Part shown: piece after piece, positions 40,275 through 49,920 of the stretch
Position numbering within the stretch: the stretch's first letter is position 1
Layout: each line of letters starts with the position of its first letter
DNA from: Candidatus Latescibacterota bacterium
GTDB lineage: Bacteria; Latescibacterota; UBA2968; UBA8231
DNA: 64,000 bases
Reading direction: 5' to 3'
NCBI GenBank assembly: GCA_965204725.1
Contig: OZ242005.1
Location: forward strand, 3,232,001 to 3,296,000
Made by a program: the position numbers and the translations under genes
The notes under the pieces: generated by a model
What the model saw: only the letters and a program-made list of their open reading frames with translations
Told to the model about the DNA's origin: nothing
Database searches by the model: none

Positions 40275-41503
40275 TTACCGCAAACTTCCGGGTGCTGCTT
40301 CAGGTATTCGAGCAAGGCTTCCGCAGCCCACTGGTGGCCAACGGCGTTCCAGTGGGCGTCGTGCGGCCAATTCGCGTCTTCTGGTCTGGCCCCTTGACGG
40401 AGGATGTAGTCGTATTGGTCAATGACGGGGATGCCCCGCGCCTCGGCCATGCTGTTCATCTGATCAAAGAGGAACTTCCCGGCACCTTTCCGGCGATGGG
40501 ACGCCAAGATCACCAAGGCGACCCCGTCGCGGTCTGTGCGTTCCTTGAACTGATCGAGGGCGAACCCCGTGCAGTGGAAGGCTTCCTCAAAGGCAGGCCC
40601 CTCCGTAGGCAATTGCGTTGTTGGCGTCCACCTATCGAGAAGGGGGGCATAGCGGGGACGCTGGCTCAGAAGCTCCGCCCATTCGGTGAGTCGAGGATGG
40701 GCATGGTATGGAAAGAAGGCCCTCCTCTTCGCAGCGAGGTAGTTTGCGAACCGGGAAACCCGCCTCAGGTATGATATGAGACGTTCTTGCAAGGACCGCG
40801 GTCTCCACAGAGGAAACTTGTGCGCCCGCCAGTCGGGATCAGGGGGGCGCAGTTCCACCGTTCCGTCTGCCCGTCTGGCCGCAGACATCCACGGCGAGTG
40901 ATCCGGGTCCCGGCCGGCATCGAATGCTTGCAGAATCGCGGAGTTGTCTCGGAAGTCGTTCAGGGCGAAGACCAAGACTAAGAGCTTGGGGCGCAGATGC
41001 CGGGCGAACCCATCGTAAAACGGCAGTTGATTGATCTGCCCGGTAGCAGGAAGCCCGAATGCCGAGGTCGTGATGTCGAGATGGGGTACTGCCCGAGCCG
41101 CGAGTTGCTCCAGCCGGACTTGAAATTTGTCGGCGATGGGAACTTGCTCCGCATCGACATAGGAATCGCCGATTATGGCGATGTGGCAACTCTCGGCGGC
41201 GCGTTCGGGGGTCGGGGGTTCTCGGTCTGCGAAGCCCAGACTGTTGGTGCGGGAAACGGTCCAGAAATCGAGAAAATTCGTATGGCGGATCTCCGCGTTG
41301 GGTCGCCTGATGAGTCCCACCTTGGGAACAAAGCGAAAGGTATGGACTCGGTTGGTGAACGGCCACGGATGAATCAGGCGGAAATACGCCTCCCCGGCGA
41401 TTGCAATCAGGACCAGCCCGGCGATGAACAACAACACATTCCCGCCGACCAATTGCAGCATGCGGCGGATGCGTGACTTACTGCGTCGCAAGGCGATGCC
41501 CAA
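40259..41503 (-). CDS. Membrane-anchored SGNH/GDSL-family hydrolase or acyltransferase
   Basis: N-terminal TM, NSLGFAD, IGDSY (block I), ND (block III) and DAHWN..GH (block V). Alternative ATG at 41461. Confidence 0.75.
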   Translation of the reverse strand: MGIALRRSKSRIRRMLQLVGGNVLLFIAGLVLIAIAGEAYFRLIHPWPFTNRVHTFRFVPKVGLIRRPNAEIRHTNFLDFWTVSRTNSLGFADREPPTPERAAESCHIAIIGDSYVDAEQVPIADKFQVRLEQLAARAVPHLDITTSAFGLPATGQINQLPFYDGFARHLRPKLLVLVFALNDFRDNSAILQAFDAGRDPDHSPWMSAARRADGTVELRPPDPDWRAHKFPLWRPRSLQERLISYLRRVSRFANYLAAKRRAFFPYHAHPRLTEWAELLSQRPRYAPLLDRWTPTTQLPTEGPAFEEAFHCTGFALDQFKERTDRDGVALVILASHRRKGAGKFLFDQMNSMAEARGIPVIDQYDYILRQGARPEDANWPHDAHWNAVGHQWAAEALLEYLKQHPEVCGNYSSS

Positions 41504-42640
41504 CTAAACCTTTGTCCACGCGCCGCTGTTGTTGGACGATTCCACGGCCGCCGCCACGAATTTCATGCCCGCGACGCCCTCTTGTACGCCCGGATGGGGA
41601 AAGGCCGCGGGCACATCCTGCTGGCCGCGGCGCGTGCGGATGAGCCGCTCGATAGTGGTGTGGAGGTTGGCGAGGGCCGGGAAGAAGTCCTCGTGGTGCC
41701 CCGAAGGCACTCGCAGGTACGAGGCGACGGCCGCCGGCAGGTCGAATTCAGCGCCAATCCAATAGGTAATGTCGCGGCCATCGCCGTGGCGCACGAGCAG
41801 GCATTCGGCCCGCTCCTGACGCCATTCGATTGAGCCTTGGGTGCCAAAGACGCGGAAGCCGTTGTCGTTGCGATAGCCGACTGCGATTTGCGTGGCCGTG
41901 ATCAGGGCGGTGCCGCCGTTTTCCAGCTCGCCGATCACGTTGAAATCGTCGTCGAGCACGCGGCCTTCGACAAAGGTGTTGAGGCGCGCCGAGACCCGCT
42001 CAATGTCCAGCCCGGTCACCCAAGTCGCGGCGATGAAGGCGTGAGTGCCAATGTCGCCGCCGCAATTGGAAATACCCGTGCGCTCGGGATCGGTGCGCCA
42101 AGACGCCTGCTGCTGGCCGGTCTGTTCGAGGGCCGTGGCCAGCCAGCCCTGATGATACCAAGAATCCACCTTGCGGACTTGGCCGATTTCGCCGCTTTGG
42201 ATCATTTCTTTGGCCAGCATCATCATGGGATGGCCCGTATAGGTATGGGCCAGCACAAAGGGGACAGACTCGCGCTCGACGATGCTCGCCAAGTCTTGGG
42301 CTTCGGCGACCGTTAGGGTCATTGGCTTTTCGCAGAGCACTGGGATGCCGGCTTGCAAAAAGGCTTTGGCTGGCTCGTAGTGGGCGAAGTTGGGGGTGAC
42401 GATGGTGACGTAATCAAGGGCTTGCTCGCCGCTTTGCACCGCCTCTAACAAGGCCCGATAGGTGGGATACCCCTCAATGTCGTAGTCGTCGGCCGCGCGC
42501 ATGGCCGCCTCTGGGTCGGAGCGCAGCGCACCCGCGACCAATTCGCGGCTGGCGTCGAGCGCGATGGCGCGGTTGTGGACCATGCCAAAAAAGGAATCGG
42601 GGCCGCCGCCGCCGATCATGCCTACTTTGAGTTTGCTCAT
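41504..42640 (-). CDS. Gfo/Idh/MocA-family oxidoreductase
   Basis: GMIGGG, IVTPN..H, CEKP, YHQGWL, WRTDP and DIGTHA. Confidence 0.92.
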   Translation of the reverse strand: MSKLKVGMIGGGGPDSFFGMVHNRAIALDASRELVAGALRSDPEAAMRAADDYDIEGYPTYRALLEAVQSGEQALDYVTIVTPNFAHYEPAKAFLQAGIPVLCEKPMTLTVAEAQDLASIVERESVPFVLAHTYTGHPMMMLAKEMIQSGEIGQVRKVDSWYHQGWLATALEQTGQQQASWRTDPERTGISNCGGDIGTHAFIAATWVTGLDIERVSARLNTFVEGRVLDDDFNVIGELENGGTALITATQIAVGYRNDNGFRVFGTQGSIEWRQERAECLLVRHGDGRDITYWIGAEFDLPAAVASYLRVPSGHHEDFFPALANLHTTIERLIRTRRGQQDVPAAFPHPGVQEGVAGMKFVAAAVESSNNSGAWTKV

Positions 42641-42676
42641 GGAATTTTCTCCCAAAATGTATTGTTGCAGTGCTCT

Positions 42677-42704
42677 ATTTTAATTTGGAACCTCTACCTG
42701 TCAA
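42677..42704 (-). promoter_or_regulatory. sigma70 promoter of the Gfo/Idh/MocA gene
   Basis: The minus strand reads TTGACA-16 nt-TAAAAT in an AT-rich gap. Confidence 0.65.
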
Positions 42705-42706
42705 AC

Positions 42707-43453
42707 TCACGGGACGCGCCGTGCGGCCGTAGGTAGTCCTTGTTGCAATTGGCTGGCGTCTAGCCCGCGGTTGAAGGCATAGCGTTTGTAGGCCAATACC
42801 AGCGAGATGTCGGCTTGGCGTATTTCTACTCGGCGCGGCAGGTACAGCGCGTCTTCTCGGCGGTATTCTCCAAGCTCGCGGAGCAGGACATCGCCCTCGG
42901 GCAGCGGCAGACTCTCACGCACGACCAAGCCGCGGCGCAGGTCCAGCCACGCCCGCCGCCCGTCGGCGAGCGCGACCACCGCGTGGTCGGCGCGGGGATA
43001 CTCAACCGGCTCGGCGATGGAACCCGGCTCGACGAGGCCGAGCAAGACGTAGCGCAGATCGCCGGCCCCAAAGTCCAGCCCCGTCAGCGCGGTTAGCAGC
43101 CGGCCGCGCATTGTTCCTTTTAAGGGCTGGTCCATGCCGCGGCCATACACGGTCAGGCTGTCGCCTTCGAGTAGGGCCGTAAAAATGTGGGTGAAAAAGG
43201 GACCGCGCACTTCGACGCGGCAGAGATCGGGATTGATTAGCTGCACGAGGGCCGTCCCCCGCTCGCGCACCGGGCCGCGCCGCAGCTCAATGGCCGCTTC
43301 GGCCGTCAGGTCCTCGAACTGGGCCAGCGACGCCGAGGCGGCGAGCAAGGCGGCCGGTCCTTGGTCCGCATCCCAGCCTTGGCGCACCACCGGCGGCGGA
43401 GTGCAAGCCAACGCGAGGGCGCAGAGCGCGAACCGCTTAGACCACGTGGGCAT
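42707..43453 (-). CDS. Lipoprotein, LolB / DUF4292-like (LolA-fold inferred)
   Basis: Lipobox ALAC; beta-rich pattern PD..RVE..GP and LP.RVEI; start codon overlaps the stop of the TPR lipoprotein gene. Confidence 0.55.
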   Translation of the reverse strand: MPTWSKRFALCALALACTPPPVVRQGWDADQGPAALLAASASLAQFEDLTAEAAIELRRGPVRERGTALVQLINPDLCRVEVRGPFFTHIFTALLEGDSLTVYGRGMDQPLKGTMRGRLLTALTGLDFGAGDLRYVLLGLVEPGSIAEPVEYPRADHAVVALADGRRAWLDLRRGLVVRESLPLPEGDVLLRELGEYRREDALYLPRRVEIRQADISLVLAYKRYAFNRGLDASQLQQGLPTAARRVP

Positions 43454-45345
43454 CACGGCCGCAGCTTGCGCCGGACCTCTTCGTTGTCCGGCGCGAGTTC
43501 CAGCACCTTTTGCCAATGGGCGCGCGCCTCGCCCGTTTTGCCGAGCGCGCTGGCAATGTCGCCAGCGTGGTCGAAGATCACGGCCTGCTCCTCGGGATCG
43601 CCCTCGTCCATCTGCTCCAAGGCTTGTTGCAGGTAGTGTTCGGCCTGCGCTAGCTCGCCGAGGCGGAAATAGGCCCAACCGATGCTGTCGAGGAACGCGC
43701 TGTTGTCCGGCTCTATTGCGATCGCCTTCTCCAAGAGCTCGACCGCTTCTGTCAGCCGTACGCCCTTGTCCGCGTACATGTAGCCGAGGTAGTTGAGGGC
43801 GTAGGCATCGTTTGGCTCAATCGCCAATAGGCGCTGAAAGGTCTCTATGGCGCGATCGAAGTACTCGTCGCGGCCCAGTTTGCGCGAAGCCTGCTCATAG
43901 CAGGAGCCGAGGTAAAAGAGCGCGTGGCTTTTGTCGCTGGCGAGCGCGACAGCCTGATTCAGCTTCTCCAGCGCCGCTTCCCAGCGCTCCAATTCCTCTA
44001 GGGCGATGCCCCAGTGCAAAAAGGTCGGGCTGGCCGCGGAGTCGAGCGCGGCCGCTGTTTCGTATTGGGCCAGCGCGGCTTCCCACTGCCCCTGCCGCCC
44101 CAAGCTGATCCCCCACCGCACGTGCAGCACGGCGTGCTCTGGGGATACGCTGAGTCCTTGGCGATAGACGTCAATGGCCGCTGTCCAAGCGTCTTGTTGC
44201 TCTAGCGCAAGTCCCCAGTACAGATATATATCAACGGCGTCGGGCAGGTGCTCAAGGCCGCGCTGGTACACGGCGATGGCCTCGTCGTAGCGCTCGGTGC
44301 TCTCTAGGACGGTCCCCCAGTACAGGTAAATCTCGCTGCTATCGGGCATGGCTTCGGCCGCTTGGCCGAGGACGGCGGTGGCGGAATCGTAATCCTCCAA
44401 GTAGATGTAGTAGCGCACTAGGTCGGTCCACTGTTCGACCGTTTGCGGCTGCATCTCGACGATGCGCTTAAAGACCAACGTTGCTTGGTCGTATTTGCCG
44501 GCCTCGGACAGGGCCATTCCCAAGTGATAGAGCACCTCGGCCCCCTCTTCGGCGAGGATTTCCTCTAGGTCGTGCTCGGAGACCATGAGCCGCGCCAAGT
44601 AGTAAGGGACGCTGCTGTCGGGCAGGCGTCTAGCGGCCTGTCGGTAGATGGCGATGGCCTCGTGGCGATCCCCCTGCGCCAGCTTGAGTTCGGCCAGACC
44701 GAGATAGGCGTCCTCAATCGTGGGGTCGGCCGCGAGGACCCGATGATAGATGTGCTCGGCCTCTTTTTGTCGGCTGATGCGAGAAAAAATGCTGGCTATG
44801 TCCACCGCGACCTCTGGCGGCACTTGCTCTTGGGCGAGCACCTCCTTGAAGAGCGGAGCGATTTGCTCGGTTTGGCCCGTTTCAAAGTAGAGATAGGCCA
44901 AGTGGCGGTAGAGCGGCCAATTGTCCGGCTCGTAGCGCAGCAGTTGTTCGATGTGGCCGATGGCGGCCTCGCGGTAGCCTTCGCTCTCCAAGAGCCGAAT
45001 CAGCATGCGGCGTAACCGCACTTGGCTGCCTTCCAATGATAGGCTCTTGTGGGCAAAGTGGGCGGTCATACGGGGGTCGTTGATGCGCTGGTAGTTGTAA
45101 GCGAGGCGGGCGTAGATGGTGGGCGAGGTCGGGTCGAGGTCGGCTGCAGAGCGCAGGGCGACTATCGCGCCGAGGTAGTTGTGCTGGGCTTCAAAGATCT
45201 TGGCCTTGACAAAGTATTGCATGGCTTGTTTGGGGTCTGTCGGCTCTGCGGGCGCGGGCGCGTTGTGGCCCCTCAGGCCCGCGCAGCCGCCTGCTGACAG
45301 CGCGAGGGCGCAGAGCAGGGGAAGGAGATGCGAGACATTATTCAT
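43453..45345 (-). CDS. TPR-repeat lipoprotein
   Basis: Lipobox AGGC, more than 10 TPRs, and the ALNYLGYMYAD / FLDSIGWAYF / IFDHAGD tail typical of LbcA-like proteins. Confidence 0.88.
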   Translation of the reverse strand: MNNVSHLLPLLCALALSAGGCAGLRGHNAPAPAEPTDPKQAMQYFVKAKIFEAQHNYLGAIVALRSAADLDPTSPTIYARLAYNYQRINDPRMTAHFAHKSLSLEGSQVRLRRMLIRLLESEGYREAAIGHIEQLLRYEPDNWPLYRHLAYLYFETGQTEQIAPLFKEVLAQEQVPPEVAVDIASIFSRISRQKEAEHIYHRVLAADPTIEDAYLGLAELKLAQGDRHEAIAIYRQAARRLPDSSVPYYLARLMVSEHDLEEILAEEGAEVLYHLGMALSEAGKYDQATLVFKRIVEMQPQTVEQWTDLVRYYIYLEDYDSATAVLGQAAEAMPDSSEIYLYWGTVLESTERYDEAIAVYQRGLEHLPDAVDIYLYWGLALEQQDAWTAAIDVYRQGLSVSPEHAVLHVRWGISLGRQGQWEAALAQYETAAALDSAASPTFLHWGIALEELERWEAALEKLNQAVALASDKSHALFYLGSCYEQASRKLGRDEYFDRAIETFQRLLAIEPNDAYALNYLGYMYADKGVRLTEAVELLEKAIAIEPDNSAFLDSIGWAYFRLGELAQAEHYLQQALEQMDEGDPEEQAVIFDHAGDIASALGKTGEARAHWQKVLELAPDNEEVRRKLRP

Positions 45346-45391
45346 AAGCAAAAGATAAACCTGTATTAACGGTGTCTAGGAAGTCAGAAGC

Positions 45392-46237
45392 CTAAACTTT
45401 CGGATCTAAGGCGTCTCTAAGCCCGTCGCCAAAGAGGTTGAGGGCGAGGACGACCGCGAAGATGGCCAGCCCGGGAAACGCCATGACCCAAGGAGCTTGC
45501 AAGAGCAGCTCGCGCCCCCCGGATAGCATGGCCCCCCACTCGGGGGTCGGCGGCTGGGCACCCAAGCCCAAAAAGCTCAATCCGGCCGCGTCGAGGATGG
45601 CCGTGCCCAAGCTGAGCGTGGCTTGCACGATGAGCGGAACCGTGCAGTTGGGCAAGATGCTGTAAAACAGCAGCCGCCATTCGCTCGCCCCCAAGGCGCG
45701 CACAGCCTCGATATAGGTGGCCTCGCGCACGGTCAACACCGAGGAGCGCATGAGGCGGGCAAATTGCGGCACCAACACGATGCTGACGGCGAGGATGGCG
45801 TTGTCAATGCCCGGCCCGATGATGGCGACGATGGCAATGGCCAGTAGGATGCTAGGGAAGGCCAGCATCAGATCCATCAGTCGCATGATGAGCATGTCGG
45901 CGGCCCCGCCGCGATACCCGGCCACCAAGCCGAGCAAGGTGCCGGTAGAAGCGGCCAGCGCGATGGCGACTAGGCCGATCCGCAATGAGATGCGGGCGCC
46001 GTACACGATGCGGCTGAAAATGTCGCGGCCAAAATCGTCGGTTCCCAGCCAGTGGATCAGCGACGGCGGCTGCAAGCGCGCATAGAGGTTTTGCGCCAGT
46101 GGATCATAAGGGGCCAAAAGCGGCGCCAGCAGCGCGACCAGAAACGCACTCGCCAAGACCCCGCCGCCGACCAGCGCGAGGTGCTGCTTGCCGAGTTGCC
46201 GCAGTTGACCGGCGACGTGTGGAATCATCTCAAGCAT
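45392..46237 (-). CDS. dppC: Dipeptide ABC transporter permease
   Basis: HWLGTDDFGRDIFSR, YIEA.RALGA, GLSFLGLGAQPPTPEWG and GDGLRDALDP. Confidence 0.9.
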   Translation of the reverse strand: MLEMIPHVAGQLRQLGKQHLALVGGGVLASAFLVALLAPLLAPYDPLAQNLYARLQPPSLIHWLGTDDFGRDIFSRIVYGARISLRIGLVAIALAASTGTLLGLVAGYRGGAADMLIMRLMDLMLAFPSILLAIAIVAIIGPGIDNAILAVSIVLVPQFARLMRSSVLTVREATYIEAVRALGASEWRLLFYSILPNCTVPLIVQATLSLGTAILDAAGLSFLGLGAQPPTPEWGAMLSGGRELLLQAPWVMAFPGLAIFAVVLALNLFGDGLRDALDPKV

Positions 46238-46247
46238 GGCAGTCTGC

Positions 46248-48431
46248 TTAGTTAGGCTCTAGAACCAACACGCCCAGCGGCGGCAGGCGCAACCGCGCCG
46301 AATGCGGTTGGCCATGGCAGGCGATGTGCTCGGTTTGCACCCAGCCGCCGTGGCCGATGCCGCTCCCCCCGTAGATTTCGGCGTCGCTGTTGAGCACCTC
46401 GCGGTACGGCCCGGCGGCTGGCAGCCCGAGCTGGTAGTCCGCTCGGGGGACTGGGGTGAAATTGCAGACAAAAATCAGGGGTTTTTCGCCCTCGGCGCGG
46501 CGCACAAAAGCCGCGACGCTCTGCGCGGAGTCCGAGCAGTCAATCCACTCAAAACCATCGGGATGGGCATCGGTGCGGTGCAGGGCCGCACAGCGGCGAT
46601 AGAGCTGGTTGAGGTCGCAGAGCCAGCGATAGACGCCGCTGTGCCCCTCGTCGGCGAGCAGGTGCCAAGGCAGCTCGCCTTGGTGATCCCACTCTTCCCA
46701 CTGCGCCAGTTCGGCCCCCATAAAGAGCAGCTTCTTGCCCGGGTGCCCGTACATAAAGCCGTAGAGCAAGCGCAAGTTGGCCCGTTGCTGCCAAGCGTCC
46801 CCGGGCATCTTGCTCAAGAGCGAGTGCTTGCCGTGGACCACCTCGTCGTGCGACAGCGGCAGCACGAAGTTTTCGCTATAGGCGTAGAGCATGCCAAAGG
46901 TCAGGTCGCCTTGGTGGTGGCGACGGTGGATCGGATCGCGCTGCATGTAGCGCAGCACGTCGTTCATCCAGCCCATGTTCCACTTGAAGTTAAAGCCGAG
47001 GCCGCCGCTGGCAGCCGGCCGGGAGACCTCCGGCCAAGCGGTCGATTCCTCGGCGATCATCAAGGCCCCGGGGCAGTGCTCGCCAATGGCCGCGTTGAGC
47101 TGCCGGAGGAAATCGATGGCTTCGAGGTTTTCGCGCCCGCCGTAGGCGTTGGGCACCCATTCCCCTCCTAGGCGCGAGTAGTCGAGATAGAGCATGGAGG
47201 CCACGGCATCGACGCGCAGGCCGTCGAGGTGAAAGCGCTCGAGCCAAAAAAGGGCATTGGAAATGAGAAAGGAGCGGACTTCGGCGCGACCATAGTTGAA
47301 TATGCAGGTCTGCCAATCGGGATGCCGTCCTTGGCGCGGGTCGCAGTGCTCGTAGAGGCTGGTGCCGTCAAACTGGGCCAAGCCGTGGGCGTCGCCCGGA
47401 AAGTGCGCGGGCACCCAATCGAGAATCACGCCGATGGCGTGGCGGTGGCAATAGTCGATGAAATAAGCAAAGTCCTCGGGCGCACCAAAGCGCGCACTCG
47501 GCGCGAAATACCCCGTTCCCTGATACCCCCACGAGCCGTCGAAGGGATGCTCGGCCACCGGCATCAGCTCAATGTGGGTAAAACCTAGCTCGGCCACGTG
47601 GGCGACCAATTGGTGAGCCAGCGTGCGATAGTCGAGATAGGCAGTGCCATTGCGCCGCCACGAGCCGAGATGCACCTCGTAGATGGCGAGGGGCGCTTCC
47701 AACGAGTTGTGTGCTCGACGCTCGGCCATCCAAGCGTCGTCCCCCCAAGCGAACGCATCGTCCCGGCAGACCGCCGAAGCGGTGCGGGGTGGCCGTTCCG
47801 TTGCAAAGGCAAAGGGATCGCTCTTGAGCAGGATGGTTCCTTGGCGGCTGAGGATTTCGTACTTGTAGAGTGCGCCCGCGCCCACCTCTGGGACGAACAG
47901 TTCCCAGACCCCGGACGCGCCCAGCGAGCGCATGCAGTGCCGCCGGCCGTCCCAGTGGTTGAAGTCGCCGACCGCGCTGACCCGGCGGGCATTCGGTGCC
48001 CACACCGCAAAATACGTGCCCTCTGCGCCGTCGATGCAGCGCGGATGTGCCCCCAGCGCTTCGTAGGCGCGGTAGTGGGTTCCTTCGTTGAAGAGGTATT
48101 GGTCTTGGGACGCGAGCTGCGGCCAGAATGAGTATGGGTCGCGGCAGGAGCGAACCTCGCCCTGCGCGTCTGTTATCGCTAGATGGTATGCAAAGGGCGA
48201 GCGGCGGTCGGCAATCCGCGCCTCGAACAACCCCTCGGCATGGGTCTTGGCGGCCTGAAAGCTCGCACCTTGCCCTCCCCGCTCCACGACTTGGACGCTC
48301 GCCGCATCGGGCCGGAACACGCGCACGACCCATCCCTCGTCTAAGGGGTGCATCCCCAAGTACGCGAACACATCGGCGCACTCGCCGTGCAAAAGGGCCT
48401 TCATTATCTGCGGATCAAGCGTTGCCTGCAT
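46248..48431 (-). CDS. glgB: 1,4-alpha-glucan branching enzyme (GH13)
   Basis: [42 protein letters not shown] and [12 protein letters not shown]. Confidence 0.96.
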   Translation of the reverse strand: MQATLDPQIMKALLHGECADVFAYLGMHPLDEGWVVRVFRPDAASVQVVERGGQGASFQAAKTHAEGLFEARIADRRSPFAYHLAITDAQGEVRSCRDPYSFWPQLASQDQYLFNEGTHYRAYEALGAHPRCIDGAEGTYFAVWAPNARRVSAVGDFNHWDGRRHCMRSLGASGVWELFVPEVGAGALYKYEILSRQGTILLKSDPFAFATERPPRTASAVCRDDAFAWGDDAWMAERRAHNSLEAPLAIYEVHLGSWRRNGTAYLDYRTLAHQLVAHVAELGFTHIELMPVAEHPFDGSWGYQGTGYFAPSARFGAPEDFAYFIDYCHRHAIGVILDWVPAHFPGDAHGLAQFDGTSLYEHCDPRQGRHPDWQTCIFNYGRAEVRSFLISNALFWLERFHLDGLRVDAVASMLYLDYSRLGGEWVPNAYGGRENLEAIDFLRQLNAAIGEHCPGALMIAEESTAWPEVSRPAASGGLGFNFKWNMGWMNDVLRYMQRDPIHRRHHQGDLTFGMLYAYSENFVLPLSHDEVVHGKHSLLSKMPGDAWQQRANLRLLYGFMYGHPGKKLLFMGAELAQWEEWDHQGELPWHLLADEGHSGVYRWLCDLNQLYRRCAALHRTDAHPDGFEWIDCSDSAQSVAAFVRRAEGEKPLIFVCNFTPVPRADYQLGLPAAGPYREVLNSDAEIYGGSGIGHGGWVQTEHIACHGQPHSARLRLPPLGVLVLEPN

Positions 48432-48462
48432 GGTCGCACTCGAGATGGGCTTGTGTAGCCCT

Positions 48463-48903
48463 CTATTTCGAGGGGGTTATATCGGGAAAGAAGGCGGCGA
48501 CAATTTTCCACTCGCCCTTGATATAGCCCGTGAACCATATATTCTGACAATCGTCCCAGCGAACATAGACCTCACCGGTATCCGAGCGCCAGCACCCCGA
48601 CTCCCGCACTACGGATATGGCCATATTGCCGCGAATATCCGTTTGCACTATTTGCTGCTCCTGCTCGTAGTTGGCTCCCGCGGGCATGCGCGTCTCCCCC
48701 CATTCCTGCATCTCGCTCTGCACCAAGAATAGGTGTGGCACCCAGTCCGTAGGATCGGTTGAGCCACACCCGAACCAGCGGAAATAGCTCTCGTCGTGGC
48801 ACGCGCGGACCGCATCCCAATCCTTTTCCCGGTGGGCCTGCTGGTAGCGGTTGAGTAGGCGGTGGATCGCCTCGATATTGGCTTGGTCTCTATCTCTATC
48901 CAT
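48463..48903 (-). CDS. SnoaL/NTF2-like (DUF4440-type) protein
   Basis: Helix-start I..LL.RY..A....D, GNMAI strand and terminal GEWKIV. Overlaps the upstream stop codon. Confidence 0.7.
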   Translation of the reverse strand: MDRDRDQANIEAIHRLLNRYQQAHREKDWDAVRACHDESYFRWFGCGSTDPTDWVPHLFLVQSEMQEWGETRMPAGANYEQEQQIVQTDIRGNMAISVVRESGCWRSDTGEVYVRWDDCQNIWFTGYIKGEWKIVAAFFPDITPSK

Positions 48904-49297
48904 GTCGTCTTTGCGGTCTGGCTCCAGCATCTACGGTAAACGTATAGCCCACGCCGACCGGCACTTCGCATTCATCGACTTCGCGCACTATGGACTTGAC
49001 TTCTTTCGCTTCGGCTGTCGACGGGATCGGCCGGCTGTCCCGCGCCCGTGCCGAGGTCGGTACGACGACCGAGTCGGTGCCGATGTACGCGATGGCGATG
49101 GTATATCCCAGCCCGTTTTGCAACTCCTCAACCCGGCCGGCGAAGGCTTGCCGCAGAGCCTTGCGGCGCTCTCGCTCCGGCTCACTATGCAAGAGCCGGG
49201 TCAGCGTCTTTGCGGCGAGGTTTTCCGGCAGGGCCGGGTCGTAGGCCGACAGTAGCTGCGATAGTTGATCTCCGGTGCGGGGTTTCTCGGGTTCCAT
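48896..49297 (-). CDS. Hypothetical protein, candidate soluble anti-sigma factor
   Basis: Directly follows the ECF sigma gene. N-terminal LSQLLSAY..P.P.NL pattern; no clear TM. Confidence 0.45.
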   Translation of the reverse strand: MEPEKPRTGDQLSQLLSAYDPALPENLAAKTLTRLLHSEPERERRKALRQAFAGRVEELQNGLGYTIAIAYIGTDSVVVPTSARARDSRPIPSTAEAKEVKSIVREVDECEVPVGVGYTFTVDAGARPQRRHG

Positions 49298-49302
49298 TGC
49301 GC

Positions 49303-49860
49303 TCACTCGATCAAATCGGATAGGCTTGTCCGCAGTTGCTGGCGGGCCGCGTGCAGACGCCAGCGCACAGCGCCTACCGAGCAACCCACTGTTTCGGCGA
49401 TCTCCTCGTAAGAGAGCTCGTGGTATTCGCGCAAAACTACGACCATGCGCCGTTCGTCGTCAAGATTCTCAAGCGCCATGCGGATTCTACGCGCCAACTC
49501 GGCGTCCCGCGCTGATCCCGCCGCCATGAACTGGCGATCGAGATCGATGTCGCGCTCGACCGACAGGTGGACCCGGCGCTGGCTATACTTGTGGTGGTCG
49601 CGGCATAAGTTGCTGGCGATGGCCCAGAACCACGAGCGGAAACGCGTTGGATCATCGAGGCTGTGGAGGGCCTCATAAACGCGCACGAAGGTCTCTTGCG
49701 CCAGATCTTCCGCATCCGCTCTCCGGCCCGTCATGCGACAGAAAAACAAAAAAACTCCGTCTTGGTAGCGGGAGACCAAACTGGCGAAGGCGGCCATATC
49801 GCCCTCGGCAAAACGCCGTACCAATGCTTCGTCTGTAGGATCGTTTGCGTACCCATCCAT
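49303..49860 (-). CDS. ECF-family RNA polymerase sigma factor
   Basis: Region 2 DAEDLAQETF / FRSW..IASN and region 4 LSYEEIAE.VG...GAV..RL..AR. Confidence 0.92.
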   Translation of the reverse strand: MDGYANDPTDEALVRRFAEGDMAAFASLVSRYQDGVFLFFCRMTGRRADAEDLAQETFVRVYEALHSLDDPTRFRSWFWAIASNLCRDHHKYSQRRVHLSVERDIDLDRQFMAAGSARDAELARRIRMALENLDDERRMVVVLREYHELSYEEIAETVGCSVGAVRWRLHAARQQLRTSLSDLIE

Positions 49861-49920
49861 CCCGTGCCGATGTCCAGCTTCCACTTTCTACCCTCGCCCG
49901 TATCAAACCCCATTTCGCAC

